Positions 26,043-38,888 of a stretch of DNA of 64,000 nt are shown one piece after another (position 1 is the stretch's first letter; every line of letters starts with the position of its first letter). Made by a program: the position numbers and the translations under genes. The notes beneath the pieces were generated by a model that was not told the DNA's origin, did no database searches, and worked only from the letters and a program-made list of their open reading frames with translations. The stretch covers positions 116,560,001 to 116,624,000 of the forward strand of contig OX597821.1 in assembly GCA_951406725.2 (NCBI GenBank), in the 5' to 3' direction. Source of the stretch: Octopus vulgaris (Eukaryota).

Positions 26043-26850
26043 CTGGCAGAATCGTTAGCACCCTGGGTGAAATGCTTAGTGGTATTTCGTCTGCCATTAT
26101 GTTCTGAGTTCAAATTCTGCCAAGGTTAACTTTGCCTTTCATCCTTTCGGGGTCAATTAAATAAGTACCAGTTACACACTGGGATCGATTTAATCAACTT
26201 AATCCGTTTATCTGTCCCCTCTATGTTTAGCCCCTTGTGGGTAGTACAGAAATAGGTATTTCGTCTGCTGCTACGTTCTGAGTTCAAATTCCGCTGAGGT
26301 CGACTTTGCCTTTCTTCCCTTTGAGGTCGATTAAATAAGTACCAGTTACGCACTGGGGTCAATATAATCGACTTAATCCCTTTATCTGTCCTTGTTTGTC
26401 CCCTCTATATTTAGCCCCCTGTGGACAATAAAGAATACACACACACACACGGTGCAACCAGGATTGAAATGCGTAGCCGTATTTCGTCTGCCGCTATGAT
26501 CTGAGTTCAAATTCCACTGAGGTCGACTTTGCCTTTTATCTTTTCGGGGTCGATTAAATAAGTACCAGTTATGCACTGGGGTCGATATAATCGACTTAAT
26601 CTGTTTGTCTGTCCTTGTTTGTCCCCTCTGTGTGTAGCATCTTGTGGGCCATAAAGAAATAAGAAACGTTAGCATGCCAGGCAAAATGCTTAGTGATATT
26701 TCGTCTGACTTCACATTCTGAGTTCAAATTCCTCTAACGTCAACTTTGCCTTTCATCCTTTCAGGGTCGATAAATTAAGTACCAGTTTCTGGAGTTGATG
26801 TAATCAACTGGACCCCTCCTCAAGAATTTCAAGCCTAGAGTAGAAAAGAA
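26043..26850 (+). mobile_element. Tandem array of about 4 SINE family A units
   Basis: GTATTTCGTCTG...GAGTTCAAATTC...CACTGGGGTCGAT unit repeated; last unit has tail type 2. Confidence 0.88.
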
Positions 26851-28464
26851 TAATTTTAGTCTTATGGTCTCAAGGGTTCCAAAAGCAGCAAAGGCTTTTT
26901 TTTTTCTTATCGCAGAAAATTTGCTTTTCTACACGAGATAGTTCAGTGACTGCTGTAGTTCTTTGGCTGACTCAATTATATCAGCTTCCATATGATAGTT
27001 AATTAGAAAGATATGTGATTCAGAGCTTATATATGTACAATGACAGAATTAAGTGGATTTTATCAGACCTTAATTAGTTTGGGGGAAAATTAATAATTTG
27101 ATTTCAGAAAGGCTATCCTTATCTATAGAATTTCAGCTACAACAGGATCACAATATTTTGATTAGCGTAATTGTTAACCAATTGCAAGTAAGATTTCTTT
27201 GTACAGAGCCTTAAGATAATTGGGGGAGCAGATTGAGAAAGAATTCGTAGACGCTGAATGATAAAGATGTTTGAAAAGCAGCTTTATTGATCAATTTTAT
27301 GATAGACGCATCAACAAACTTTCGAACTTAAGTTTCGTATTTTGATAAAAGCGTATGAAAAATAATTATTCATCAACAGACTCCTACGATATTATAATTT
27401 GGTTTTCCCTTTTACACAGTTCAGTTTCGGATAATTACAATCTTCCACAATAATTAGCAGAATTAGGACAATGTCATGCTCTTCTCTCTGCACGGAACTG
27501 CAAGTCTCTATGCAGTTTCAATAACGAAATGTTACTTCAAAGTAACAGCCGTTTGCATTTCCATCAAAGCGTCGCCTCAAGAATTTTATATCTGCAACCG
27601 ACCTCTTAAGTTTAACCACCAACTTTGTTATTTACGTAAAGGTTAAATGACAGCAAGGTTACAATTTCCTGGAAGGGGTTGGCAAATAAAAAGGAGAAAA
27701 TTGATATTCGATGATTCACCTACCAACCCCAATGGATTCTAAGAAAGAAAAGAGTGCAGATAGACAAGTGCAGATAGACGTCTAGTTACACTTGCATCTC
27801 CATGCAAATCTAATGAAAACGCATGTGTTTGAAGAGACACAGCAGAACTTTCCCCGCTCCCATGTATACAATAAGAAAGAATTGACGTAGACAGATTAGG
27901 TTATAAATATTTATGTGCAGGCACGTGTATTTTATATGGCCACAACTATACAACAGAATGCATAACGGATAGAGAGGCCACTGAAATAATTTCAGTTATT
28001 AGGCAATCTTTTTGGAATAACAATGCTCAAATTTTTCAATCAGACAGGCTTCATACTGGACGTAGATTTAAACAGTCCTTCCTAATAATTGCTCTGGGGC
28101 CTTATCATGAAATCACTTGCCCCAAGTCACAAAGCCATTTCCTCAACGCAATCAGATATTGGCAATCTACCCAAACTTATTCCAATATCATCTTGCAATT
28201 ATCCTACAGTATGGCCTCTATTCAAGCATGCCTAATGCGCCTTCGCTCGCCGAATAGAAATGTAAAAATTCCGATAAGCGTGCCACTGAAGAGTTTGACG
28301 AGGTAGAGTACAATTTCACAAATAGTTTCCGCCAAATGTGATTCAATACAAGACTGTCATGGTCGACAGGATGTAATTAACCTTCAAACAGTTATCTCCC
28401 TTAAAGCCGACTGCACCTCCTCTAATACTGTCTTTAGATCTAATGAGAGGGAGAGGGGTAGAGA

Positions 28465-28962
28465 AAGAGTAGGAGAGACATGCGGAGAAAAGGGGAGATG
28501 AGGAGTCAGGCAGAGAGGAAAGGTAACTAAACGTAAAAATAGAGAGAGAGGGAAGGGGAAAAGGAAAAGAAAGACAGCAAGGGAGAGGTTAGGAAACGGA
28601 GAGGACAATGGAAAAGGGAGAAAAGGAAGGAGTAGGAGAGACATGTGGGGAAAAGGGAGAGACGAGGAGTCAGGCGGAGAGGAAAGGTAACTAAACGTAA
28701 AAATAGAGAGAGAGGGAAGGAGAGAAGGAAAAGAAAGACAGCAAGGGAGAGGTTAGGAAACGGAGAGGACAATGGAAAAGGGAGAAAAGGAAGGAGTAGG
28801 AGAGACATGTGGGGAAAAGGGAGAGACGAGGAGTCAGGCGGAGAGGAAAGGTAACTAAACGTAAAAATAGTGAGAGAGAGAGAGAAGGGGAGGAAGAAAA
28901 GAAAGACAGCAAAGGAGAGATTAGGACAATGGAAAAGGAAAAAAAAGGAAGGAGTAGGAGAG
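28465..28962. repeat. Purine-rich tandem repeat, ~164-bp unit, 3 copies
   Basis: AGGAGAGACATG at 28471, 28634 and 28798. Confidence 0.92.
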
Positions 28963-30223
28963 TTGAAGAAGAAACGAAGGTAGAATGAATGAAATCAATA
29001 GAGAGAAAAATACAGAAGCCTGTTAGAGAGAGAGAGAGAGGATAAGCATAAAACAGAAATGTTTACTGAGAGAGGAAGAGAACATGAGAGAGAAATAAGG
29101 GGGAAATGACTGGACATAGAGAAAGAAAGAGATAAGCAGACATTGACAGATAAAAAGAGGAAGAAAACGAAAGAGAAAGTAAAGGGTGATAGGAGAGGTC
29201 ATGGGAGCTAAGGCACGTGATGTCATTGATATGCAATTTGATGAACAGAAGATAAAAGAGAAGAATATCTGTATTGAATTACAAACAGGTCTTTCACATA
29301 GAATAGTGAGGAAGGAGAGAGAGAGAGAGAGAGGAATAATGTTATGATATGGTTTGGTTCAGCGATGTTGGCTTCACATCAATTTAGACGAATTTAGACT
29401 GTTGGCAGATATCATACCCAGCTTTTTCCAAAATAATCCAACTAGAGATCCCAAAGGACAAGCACTGGAATAAATAAATTAATAAATAAACGAATAAATA
29501 TTTATTTTATTTGCTGCATGAATAGAATATGCATTAAAAATTGTTAACAAAAATATAACTGTAAGGAGCGTAGTAAAGAACATAAAAATATATAAACTTT
29601 AAATATATTTTCATAGCTTTCATACGTTACATAATGCATATATAATATAATATTATATTATATTATGTTTTATACAAAATAGTTTACATATTTATATATC
29701 TTGAGATGATTTGTATTATAAAAGACGCAAAGTAAAATATAATAATGCATTCGATCCCCTACAGAGAAGAAAAACGAACAGTTCAGAGGTAAATGCTTAT
29801 CTTTCCCCACTGGGCCCAAGAGTTTAAACTCCAGTGCGATTATTCTTAACCTGGTAGCGAGCGTCTCACTGGGGACAATTTGCTCTTTTAGGAATGACAT
29901 AGGAAATAGATAAGGGTCGATAAAGATATTCCTATCATATGTGTTACGAATATCAGTTCATTGTAAAGAGAAATGTTACTGTTCAAATTCCGTTTACCAA
30001 ATAGTATTTTATTTATACACTCTCCTCATTACTGTCGTCCTCTCTCAACTTCCATAAAATTATATCTGAAGGCACGAGCATAGCTAGAATGTTTGCCGCC
30101 CACGGACCCCACAAAAAAACACATTGCCTACAGCTATAGTCAACATCAGGATGAAAAGTACCGTTCGGGGTGAACTGCCCCTACAGCCTCATCCCCGAAG
30201 GTACTCTTCGTTCTTCTCTTCTT

Positions 30224-30304
<81 letters not shown>

Positions 30305-30769
30305 GTTATTATTATTATTCTCTCCCCCCCTCTCTCTCTCTCTGTCATTTTCAACCCCTTACTGTGCTTTTCTAGTCACACTTAATCAAGTGACAAGTAT
30401 TTATTTGTAAAGGAAGACCTCTCATTTTAGTATTTATCCCACTTTTTTCAAATATTGACCCCTTAAGTAGATAAGAATTGTTTGACAATCGAGCCAACTT
30501 GCTAGATGGAGCATCTTACTACCCTTCAATTCACTTTCACTTGTCTTTAAAAAATGAAGGACTCATTTGATAATGTAGTCCTAAATACGCCTACACCTGA
30601 AAAAGAAGACAGGACGGTCACTAGCGAATGCTTTGATCCTAAGTCCATTGAATCAGGCCTAAACTAGGAAAACCTCAAAATATTTGGCAGCTAGCAGAGC
30701 TGTACACATCTACCAATCATCTACATCCTAAACCCTTTTTAACAGCTGATGAACAGAGTTTAAAATATA

Positions 30770-31003
30770 TATTTCTTTATTGCCCACAAGGGGCTAAACA
30801 TAGAGGGGACAAACAAAGACAGACAAAGTGATTAAGTCAATTACATCGACCCCAGTGTGTAACTGGTACTTTATTTATCGACCCTTAAAGGATGAAAGGC
30901 AAAGTTCACCTCGGCAGAATTCAAACTCAGAAACGTAACAGCAGACGAAATACCGCTAAGCATTTTGCCCAGCGCGCTAACGTTTCTGCCAGCTCGCCGC
31001 CTT
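30770..31003 (-). mobile_element. SINE family A, full length with 16-bp TSD
   Basis: ACAGAGTTTAAAATAT at 30753-30768 and 31007-31022. Confidence 0.9.
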
Positions 31004-31969
31004 ATGACAGAGTTTAAAATATTGACGAAAGATACCCACTCTTCTCCTCCACCTCATCATCATTTAATGGCCATTTTCCATGCTGGCAGGGGTTGAACAG
31101 TTTGAGAGAATGTGGTGAGCTGCAGGGCTGCATAGAGCTCCAGTATTAGCTTTGGCAAGGCTTCTCGGGGCTGGATGTTCTTCCTAACACCAACCATCTT
31201 ACAGAGTGTACTGTGTGCTTTAATGTGGCCCTGATACCAGTGAGGTCACCAAGTAACTTGCAAGACAAAGTAAAGAAAGTCCCTTCACAGAGCAGGGGTG
31301 ATTTTGAGAGAGGGGAACGAGGTTTCATGCCAGGTACTGAAAAACTCAAGTATGAGAGGGAGGCAAACATAAGTGTCTCGCTTTAGAAGAAATACATTGT
31401 TGACCCTACATTACATAAGGGTGGGTAGGGTGGTCGCTGTTTAGCCTTGGGCAAAACCTATGATCAAGGTATTCCTACTATGGCCATCCCATTCATTTTG
31501 AGTGTATCTAAGATTACAGAATTGTTAGCATGCCAGACAAAGTGTTTAACAGCATTTCTTCTGGCTCTTTATGGCCTTAGTTCAAATTCAGCTGTGTTCA
31601 ACTTTTCCTTTTGCCCTTTCAGGGTCAATAAAATAAGTAGCAGTTGAACACTGGGGTCTATGTAAATGACTTAGTCCCTCACACTAAAATTGCTGGCCCA
31701 ACGCCATAATTTGAAACCATTATTTGATAGATCCTTCCTAATTTTTTAGACAATGAGACGTAATTCGCATGTGATTTAGCTGGTACTTTTAGCAGGTTAA
31801 ACAACCACACTGAGAAGTGGGGCCCTTATAGCACCCCTCTTCTCCATACCTGTTGGCTCAAAACCTGAGCTATCATACTGACAAACCTTCAAGTACTCCA
31901 TTGCTAATAGTGTCAAGTCAGTGATTTAAATCTTCTCAATGTGATTTCTTTTCTTTCTTTTTTTTCTTT

Positions 31970-32383
31970 TTTACTCTAGGCACAAGGCCCGAAATTTTGG
32001 GGGAGGGGTACAGTTGATTACATTGACCTCAATACGCAACTGGTACTTAATTTATCTACCCTGAAAGTATAAAAGGCAAAGTCAACCTCGGCGGAATTTG
32101 AACTCAAAACATAATGACAGACAAAATACCGCTAAGCATTTCGTTCAGTGTTGCTGTTTCTTATTTCAAGGGGCTACACAGAGGGGGCAAACAAGGACAG
32201 ACAAAGGTATTAAGTCGATAATATTGACCCCCAGTGCGTAACTGATACTTATTTAATCGACCCTGAAAGGATGAAAGGCAAAGCCAACCTTGGCAGAATT
32301 TGAACTCAGAACATAGCGGCAGACGAAATAACATTTAGCATTTCATCCGGTGTTGCTAACGTTTCTGCCTACTCACCACCTTA
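31970..32383 (-). mobile_element. Two tandem SINE family A copies with different tails
   Basis: Reverse-complement match; tail type 2 near 31970 and tail type 1 near 32165. Confidence 0.8.
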
Positions 32384-34159
32384 ATAAAATTTCCATTCTG
32401 ATATTCAACATATTTATTTGTCTCAAAAAGTGAACTCAAGACCTTATCTTCTTTTCTCATCAGACACTTTAGTCTTTCACTCATTCCTCAGGGATTTATT
32501 CTAAAAGGTGTAGGAGTGGCTGTGTGGTAAGTAGCTTGCTTACCAACCACATGGTTCTGGATTCAGTCCCACTGGATATTCGATTCTTATCACTCTCGGC
32601 ACATATCCTCAGATTTCACTGTCCTCAGACTGACACCCAAACAACCTGAAATGTTTGTATATGAGCTTCTGCTGCAAATGCCAAGCAGTACAGTATGTTG
32701 TTTCCAAATTTCTGGCAGAGTGAATTGCATCATGGTGGTGTTTTTCTCACAGACGGTGCCCAACTGACCCTACCATACTGTGTAGTTGACAAAATCAAAA
32801 ACACACAATGTGCATGCACAAAATTAAAAAGATTAAATGGCAACAATTTACCCATCGCACCATGTCTCTATCTGTCTCTCTCTCTCTATATATATATATA
32901 TATTTATCCCTGTCAGTGCAGGTGCCACTTAAAAGCACCCAGTCCACACAGAAAAGTGGTTGATGTTCAGAAGGGCATCCAGCTGCAAAAACCTTGCCAA
33001 AACTGACCTCGCCTGTGCTTGTGCCATGTAAAAAGCACTAAGTCCACTCTACTGAGTGGTTGGTGTTAGGAAGGGCATCCAACTGTAAAAATCCTGCTAA
33101 AACAGTCACAGAAGTCTGGTCGCCATCCTGGAGCACTGCCTTTAGTCGAACAAATTGACCCCAGGACCTATTCTTTGTAAGCCTAGTACTTATTCTATTG
33201 GTCTCTTTTTGCCAAACCACTTAGTTACAGGGACATAAACATACCATCATCGGTTGTAAGCAATGGTGTGGGGACAAACACACACACACACATGACAGGC
33301 TTCTTTCAGTTTCCAATCTACCAAATCCACTCACAAGGCTTTGGTCATCCCAAGGCTATAGTAGAAGACACTTGCCCAAGGTGCCATGCAGGACAATGTG
33401 GATGGTAAGCAAACTTCTTACCACACAGCCACGCCAAAGAATTTTTGTAAAATAACTTTGTCCTGCTGAATTCTCCTCAAATCATTGAGAGAGTCCCATA
33501 AACCACTCAATCTGTAACCATTCCATCTTTTGCCAGGCATTGTTTATCTCCAACTACATCACCCGCTATGTCTTTCTTGCATATTTTTCTATTTTTAGGA
33601 CAGCAGTGTATGATTTGACAAAGTTTTGACTGCTATTTCTAGCACGTGGAGTAATTGCATTGAGGCTTTCTCAATGGTTCAATAGCTACAATGTTGTTGA
33701 ATGACCTAAAATTATACAATTTACAGCCTGATTAATTAATGTTGCTGATCTCATTCACAGCTGGTGTTTGTAATATTATACTTGAGAAAAAAATGTGAAT
33801 GAAAACCGAAATACTAACAGTATTGAAATTATACAGTTGCATTCTGATGAATCGATATTGTTTATACCATAACCATTGTGTAAATATCATATTTTGAGGA
33901 AATACTGTGAATGAAACACACAAATGAATAGCAATAATGCTGAGAGTATTTATAACTGTGCAACAGATTTTTACAGTTGGTGCAGGCATAGCTGTGTGGT
34001 TAAGAAATTCACTTTGCAACTCTGCGGTTTTAGTTTGGCTGCACTGTGCAGTACTTTGGGCAAATGTGTTCTATTGTAGTACCGGGACTAACCAATGTCT
34101 TGTAAAAGAATTTGGTAGATGGATACAGTGCAGAAGCCCATTACGTATATATAAATATA

Positions 34160-34465
34160 TATTAAGTGGTATAGATGTGGAGATTTACATTCGTGACTTC
34201 AAGTTTCTATATAAATGATATAATAATCATAATATGTCTTCAGTTGTTGTAAACTCAGTGTATACAATTACAAACATGAAAGAATACTTTGATGGGCACT
34301 GGGCTCACAACAGCTGAAGAAGTGCAATGATAACCATAGTGCTAACACGGAAACTTAGTCCTGTATGAGAGTTTCCCTAAGTGTATCATTCAATAAATAT
34401 AGTCCTCTAATTCCAATGATATCGAAGTCTATCTTTTTTGTCATCTCACACCATTTGTCACTAAA
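34160..34465 (+). mobile_element. ~300-bp HHR-bearing element in the microsatellite of a SINE B
   Basis: 34310-34364: ACAG-CTGAAGA-A-GTG...CAC-G-GAAA-CTTAG-TC-CTGT; AATAAA downstream. Confidence 0.6.
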
Positions 34466-34485
34466 TATATATGTATATATATATA

Positions 34486-36035
34486 TTCAATTCAATTCAA
34501 TTCAATTTTTATTGGCTCAAAAAGCAAAAGCAAGGCCATGTAGGGGGACAAGGAATTATGTACAGGGAGGGTGGTCATACAAAGAGTTCAGGCTATTTCT
34601 AATCAAGAGAGACTATGAACCGAGCGGTCATCGGCATCTTCACTATCTCGTCCAGCAGCTTATTCCAAAGATCCGCAACCCTGACGGAGAAAGCCCCTCT
34701 CCTTCGATTGAGATAAAATCGTCGTAGATAGAGCTTTTCAGAGTGACCCCGCAGCCCACACTCTGGAGCAGGAGTGAAGAACAGCTCTTTCGAGAGGTTA
34801 CACTTTCCGCTTATGATGTTGTGAGCGAGAACGAGATCACCACGGTATTATCGTTTTTCGAGAGAATGAAGGTCGAGTGTCTTCAACCTTTCTTCATAAG
34901 ACAAATGCTTGAGACCAAGAACCATGCAGGTAGCCAGTTTCTGGACTCTTTCGAGATGATGTTTCTCTTTGAGGAGATAAGGAGAAGAGACTTGAATCCT
35001 GTACTCCAATATGGGTCTCACCAGCATGACATAGAGTGGTAGGAATATGACTGCTGTGAATGACCGTCGAATCAAAAACAGAACTCCACATGCTTTGTTG
35101 GCAGCAGGGACGCATTGGGCCGAAGGCGAAAAGGAAGAATCCACCAAGATACCCAGGTCCTTTACTTGGTCGGTCTTCTCCAGCAGCAGACGACCCTGCT
35201 CGAAATCAAGTTGAGTTGCAGGAGCGGAGCCAACAGGCAGATGACAGTACTTTGACACGTTCAGACACAGGTCCCATTCGTTTGACCATCTCCAAACTTG
35301 GTGGAGGCATCGATGAAGATCATCTATATCACCGCGAGGAGCGACCAGTTTGACATCATCGGCAAATAGAAGGGTGTGTTGTGTGAGGTCATCGGGAAAG
35401 TCATTGATGAAAACTAAAAACAATAACGGCCCAAGCACTGAACCTCGAGGCACGCCACTGCTCACACTGGAGACGTCGGGCAGCAAACCATTAACTTGGA
35501 CTTGGAAGGAGCGATCTGAGAGGAAGGCACCAACCCATCATACAATATCCGGATGGAAACTATATGCTTGAAGCTTGACAAGTAATAGGCAGTGGTTAAC
35601 CGAGTCAAAAGCTTTGGCAAAGTCCAATAAAACGATGTCAACAACATCACCATCATCCAGGATACGCATCACCAATTCTTCCATTACCAGTAAGTTGGTC
35701 AAGCTTGATCTCTTCAGCATGAAGCTGTGTTGGGAATCAGAGATAGAGGCTGTGTTTTGGAGGTGGAGCAACATACTTTTCTTCAGGATAGTTTTGAACA
35801 TCTTGCTGATTATTGAAGTAAGGGAAACCAGTTGGTAGTTAAGTGGGTCTTCGCGGCTCCCTTTCTTGAAAATCAGGCAGATTATCGCTGTTCTCCAGTC
35901 CGCAGGTACAACTCGTGTCGCCAATGACATATTGAATAGAAGTGTTAAAGGTTCGCAGATGACCGGAGCCAACGCTTTGATAACCTGTGGGTGTATGCTG
36001 TCAGGGTCATGACCCTTGTTGACATCGAGGCCTTG
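34486..36035 (-). mobile_element. 5'-truncated CR1-clade LINE, reverse transcriptase pseudogene
   Basis: ORFs 35538-36119 and 34848-35486 carry DFAKAFDSV, GVPRGSVLGPLLF and LFADD. C-terminus LRGHSEKL...FSVRVADLWNKL; AATAAA plus (TTGAA)n tail; stops and frameshifts present. Confidence 0.92.
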
Positions 36036-36740
36036 AATAAATATATATATATATATATACTCACACACACGCATACATCTATATACATGCATATATACAT
36101 ATATGCGCACTCTATACAATCTTTATACTCTTTCGTTTTTCTCTCTTATTCTTTTACCTCCTCTTATCCAACTATTCTATCCTAATACTCTATCACTCTC
36201 TCTCCCTCACTCCTTCTCCCTTGCTCACGTGGTTTCCACGTGACCATCAGCCATCTTTCTTTCTCTCCATTCTAGCTAGAACAAGGAAGACATGTTCTAG
36301 TTTGTCTCCTGTCCTAGATTGATTTATGCATTCACCACCACAACCTTGTTTAGGCTTAGCATCCCTTCCTGTTTCTTTTTACTGTCCTGTTTGTATTACC
36401 TATTTTGACCCTCCACAAAATCCCAAATTTTATTTAATTTGCTTTGCGGGACCAACTGTTTTATCAAAAGCATATACTGTTGTTAAATGCTCAAAATACA
36501 AGACTAGAAAAACAGCCAACAACTGATGAAGGGTCGTTCTTTATGTTGTTTGTTTTGTTTTCCATTTGTATCTTTCATTGTTTCAAAGAATAGTTCATGT
36601 TCCATGTGCTCATACTTCATATTTTTTGTTGCTATACACATTTCATGATGTCCTGTACCCACATATGCATATACATATACGTATAGATGTAAGTATGTAC
36701 ATATACGTGTGTATATATGCTTATATATATATATATATAT

Positions 36741-36788
<48 letters not shown>

Positions 36789-36789
36789 A

Positions 36790-37119
36790 TATTAGGGAAT
36801 AAATCCAAACTTACAGGGAAAAATTAGATTTAGGATTAAATCCAATTTTATAGTATAAATATATTATATTATATTATATTAAATTAGAGATAAAACCACT
36901 ATTAGGCAAATCAAACAGTGAAAAACATAAGCCAATACATAAAATTAATTTTAAAATATAAAAGTTAAAAATAAAAAACTATTTAAATAATTTAAATAAT
37001 TTATTTAATAAATTATTTAAATAATTTTTTATTTTTAACTTTTATATTTTTAAATTAATTTTATGTATTGGCTTATGTTTTTCACTGTTTGATTTGCCTA
37101 ATAGTGGTTTTATCTCTAA
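36790..37119. repeat. AT-rich near-perfect palindrome (36884-37119) with unpaired tail, in (TA)n
   Basis: TTAGAGATAAAACCACTATTAGGCAAATCAAACAGTG... versus ...CACTGTTTGATTTGCCTAATAGTGGTTTTATCTCTAA. Confidence 0.85.
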
Positions 37120-37162
<43 letters not shown>

Positions 37163-37167
<5 letters not shown>

Positions 37168-37913
37168 TTAAAATTACTAAGTCTCTCTAAAAGAGAACAC
37201 GGCAGCGTTCCCGGAAAAAAATAGTTATCGCCATACTAATATGGCATTCTTATAAAAATAAGAATAAAGCTGACCGCTTATTAGCTCCATGAGGCCATCG
37301 CCTTAAGTTAGCTATTTGATACACAAACTGTATCCATATAACCTTCGAACAAGGGAGGTCAGTCGCTCCACACTACTTGACCGACAGCTACAGACGCGTT
37401 TCGGGGTATTGCCCTTTTCAATGTAGCGTAGCCAGACCAGTAGGTGTCGCTTCTGACAATCTCTGTTCGAAGGTTTTATTTACCTAGTTTCGGTGGAATA
37501 CATCCACTTGTTTTCAATAATAATGCATGCCATATTAGTATGGCGATAACTATTATTTTCCGGGAACGCTGCCGTGTTCTCTTTTAGAGAGACTTAGTAA
37601 TTTTAATATTTCTATTATTGAAAACAAGTGGATGTATTCCACCGAAACTAGGTAAATAAAACCTTCGAACAGAGATTGTCAGAAGCGACACCTACTGGTC
37701 TGGCTACACTACATTGAAAAGGGGCAATACCCCGAAACGCGTCTGTAGCTGTCGGTCAAGTAGTGTGGAGTGACTGACCTCCCTTGTTCGAAGGTTATAT
37801 GGATACAGTTTGTGTATCAAATAGCTAACTTAAGGCGATGGCCTCATGGAGCTAATAAGCGGTCAGCTTTATTCTTATTTTTATAAGAATGCCATATTAG
37901 TATGGCGATAACT
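37163..37913. mobile_element. Retrozyme-like 362-nt monomer as inverted, circularly permuted pair
   Basis: Right copy 37527-37888 followed by a 25-nt repeat of its own start; left arm 37163-37522 is the reverse complement of the same unit opened at 37613. Confidence 0.8.
37709..37748 (+). ncRNA. Minimal type-I hammerhead, U3:A8 variant (mirror copy 37387-37427, minus strand)
   Basis: CTACA-TTGAAAA-GGGG-caata-CCCC-GAAA-CGCG-TC-TGTAG; all three stems pair. Confidence 0.8.
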
Positions 37914-37914
37914 G

Positions 37915-37978
<64 letters not shown>

Positions 37979-37999
37979 TTGTATGTGTGCATGTGTCTT

Positions 38000-38439
38000 T
38001 ATACAGTTCTATATTTAAGAGATGAGGAATTATGTATATTATTTACATTATTTACATTTGACGGATATTTGTCCTCATCTTGTTTGTCGTTAACAAAACG
38101 TTTTGGCTGATATACCCTCCAGCCTTCTTCGGGTGTCTTGAGGAAATTTCGAACCTGGGTTCTCATTCCTAAGGTATTTTTCAATGGTGGGGTTTGTAGC
38201 CCGCACTCTTAACCACTACGCCATATGCCCAAGTTCAATTCCAAGCAGTGACCTGAACAATAACAGTAACAATAATAATAATAATAAACATCTAAAAATA
38301 CCTTAGGAATGAGAGCCCAGGTTCAAAATTTCCCCAAAACACCTGATGAAGGCTGGAGGATTTATCAGCCGAAACGTTTTGTTAACAACAAACAAGATGT
38401 GGACAAATACCTGTCAAATGTAAATAGTGTAAATAATAT
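38000..38439. mobile_element. SINE family D (tRNA head plus HHR tail), inverted dimer 1
   Basis: Minus copy 38000-38230 carries the 5' head; plus copy 38231-38439 starts at the B box; HHRs at 38092-38137 (-) and 38338-38383 (+). Confidence 0.85.
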
Positions 38440-38624
38440 GTGTCCTTATGTTTCTGTTTGTCCCCTCCACCACTTGACAGCCAGTGTTGGTTTGTTTGTC
38501 TCCAAGTAACATAGTGGCTCAGCTAAAGAGAACAATAGAGTAAGTATCAGAGTCAAAAATACAAACTGGGGGCAACATGTGCAGGTAAACACTGTGTGTA
38601 TGTGTATGTATGTGCATGTGTCTT

Positions 38625-38826
38625 TATACAGTTCTATATTTAAGAGATGAGGAATTATGTATATTATTTACATTATTTATATTCAACGGATATTTGTCCT
38701 CATCTTGTTTGTTGTTAACAAAACGTTTGGCTGATATACCCTCCAGCCTTCATCAGGTGTCTTGGGGAAATTTTGAACCTAGATTCTCATTTCTAAGGGA
38801 TTTTTCAATATTGTTGTTGTTGTTTG

Positions 38827-38888
<62 letters not shown>

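Noticed and set aside
26860-28440. Hox-cluster microRNA or homeobox exon
   Set aside because: No miR-10-like sequence or homeodomain translation found; TAAT motifs alone are uninformative in AT-rich DNA.
30746-31036. CTGATGA...GAAA reconstituted after removing the SINE A insertion
   Set aside because: No stem II, stem III or stem I pairing.
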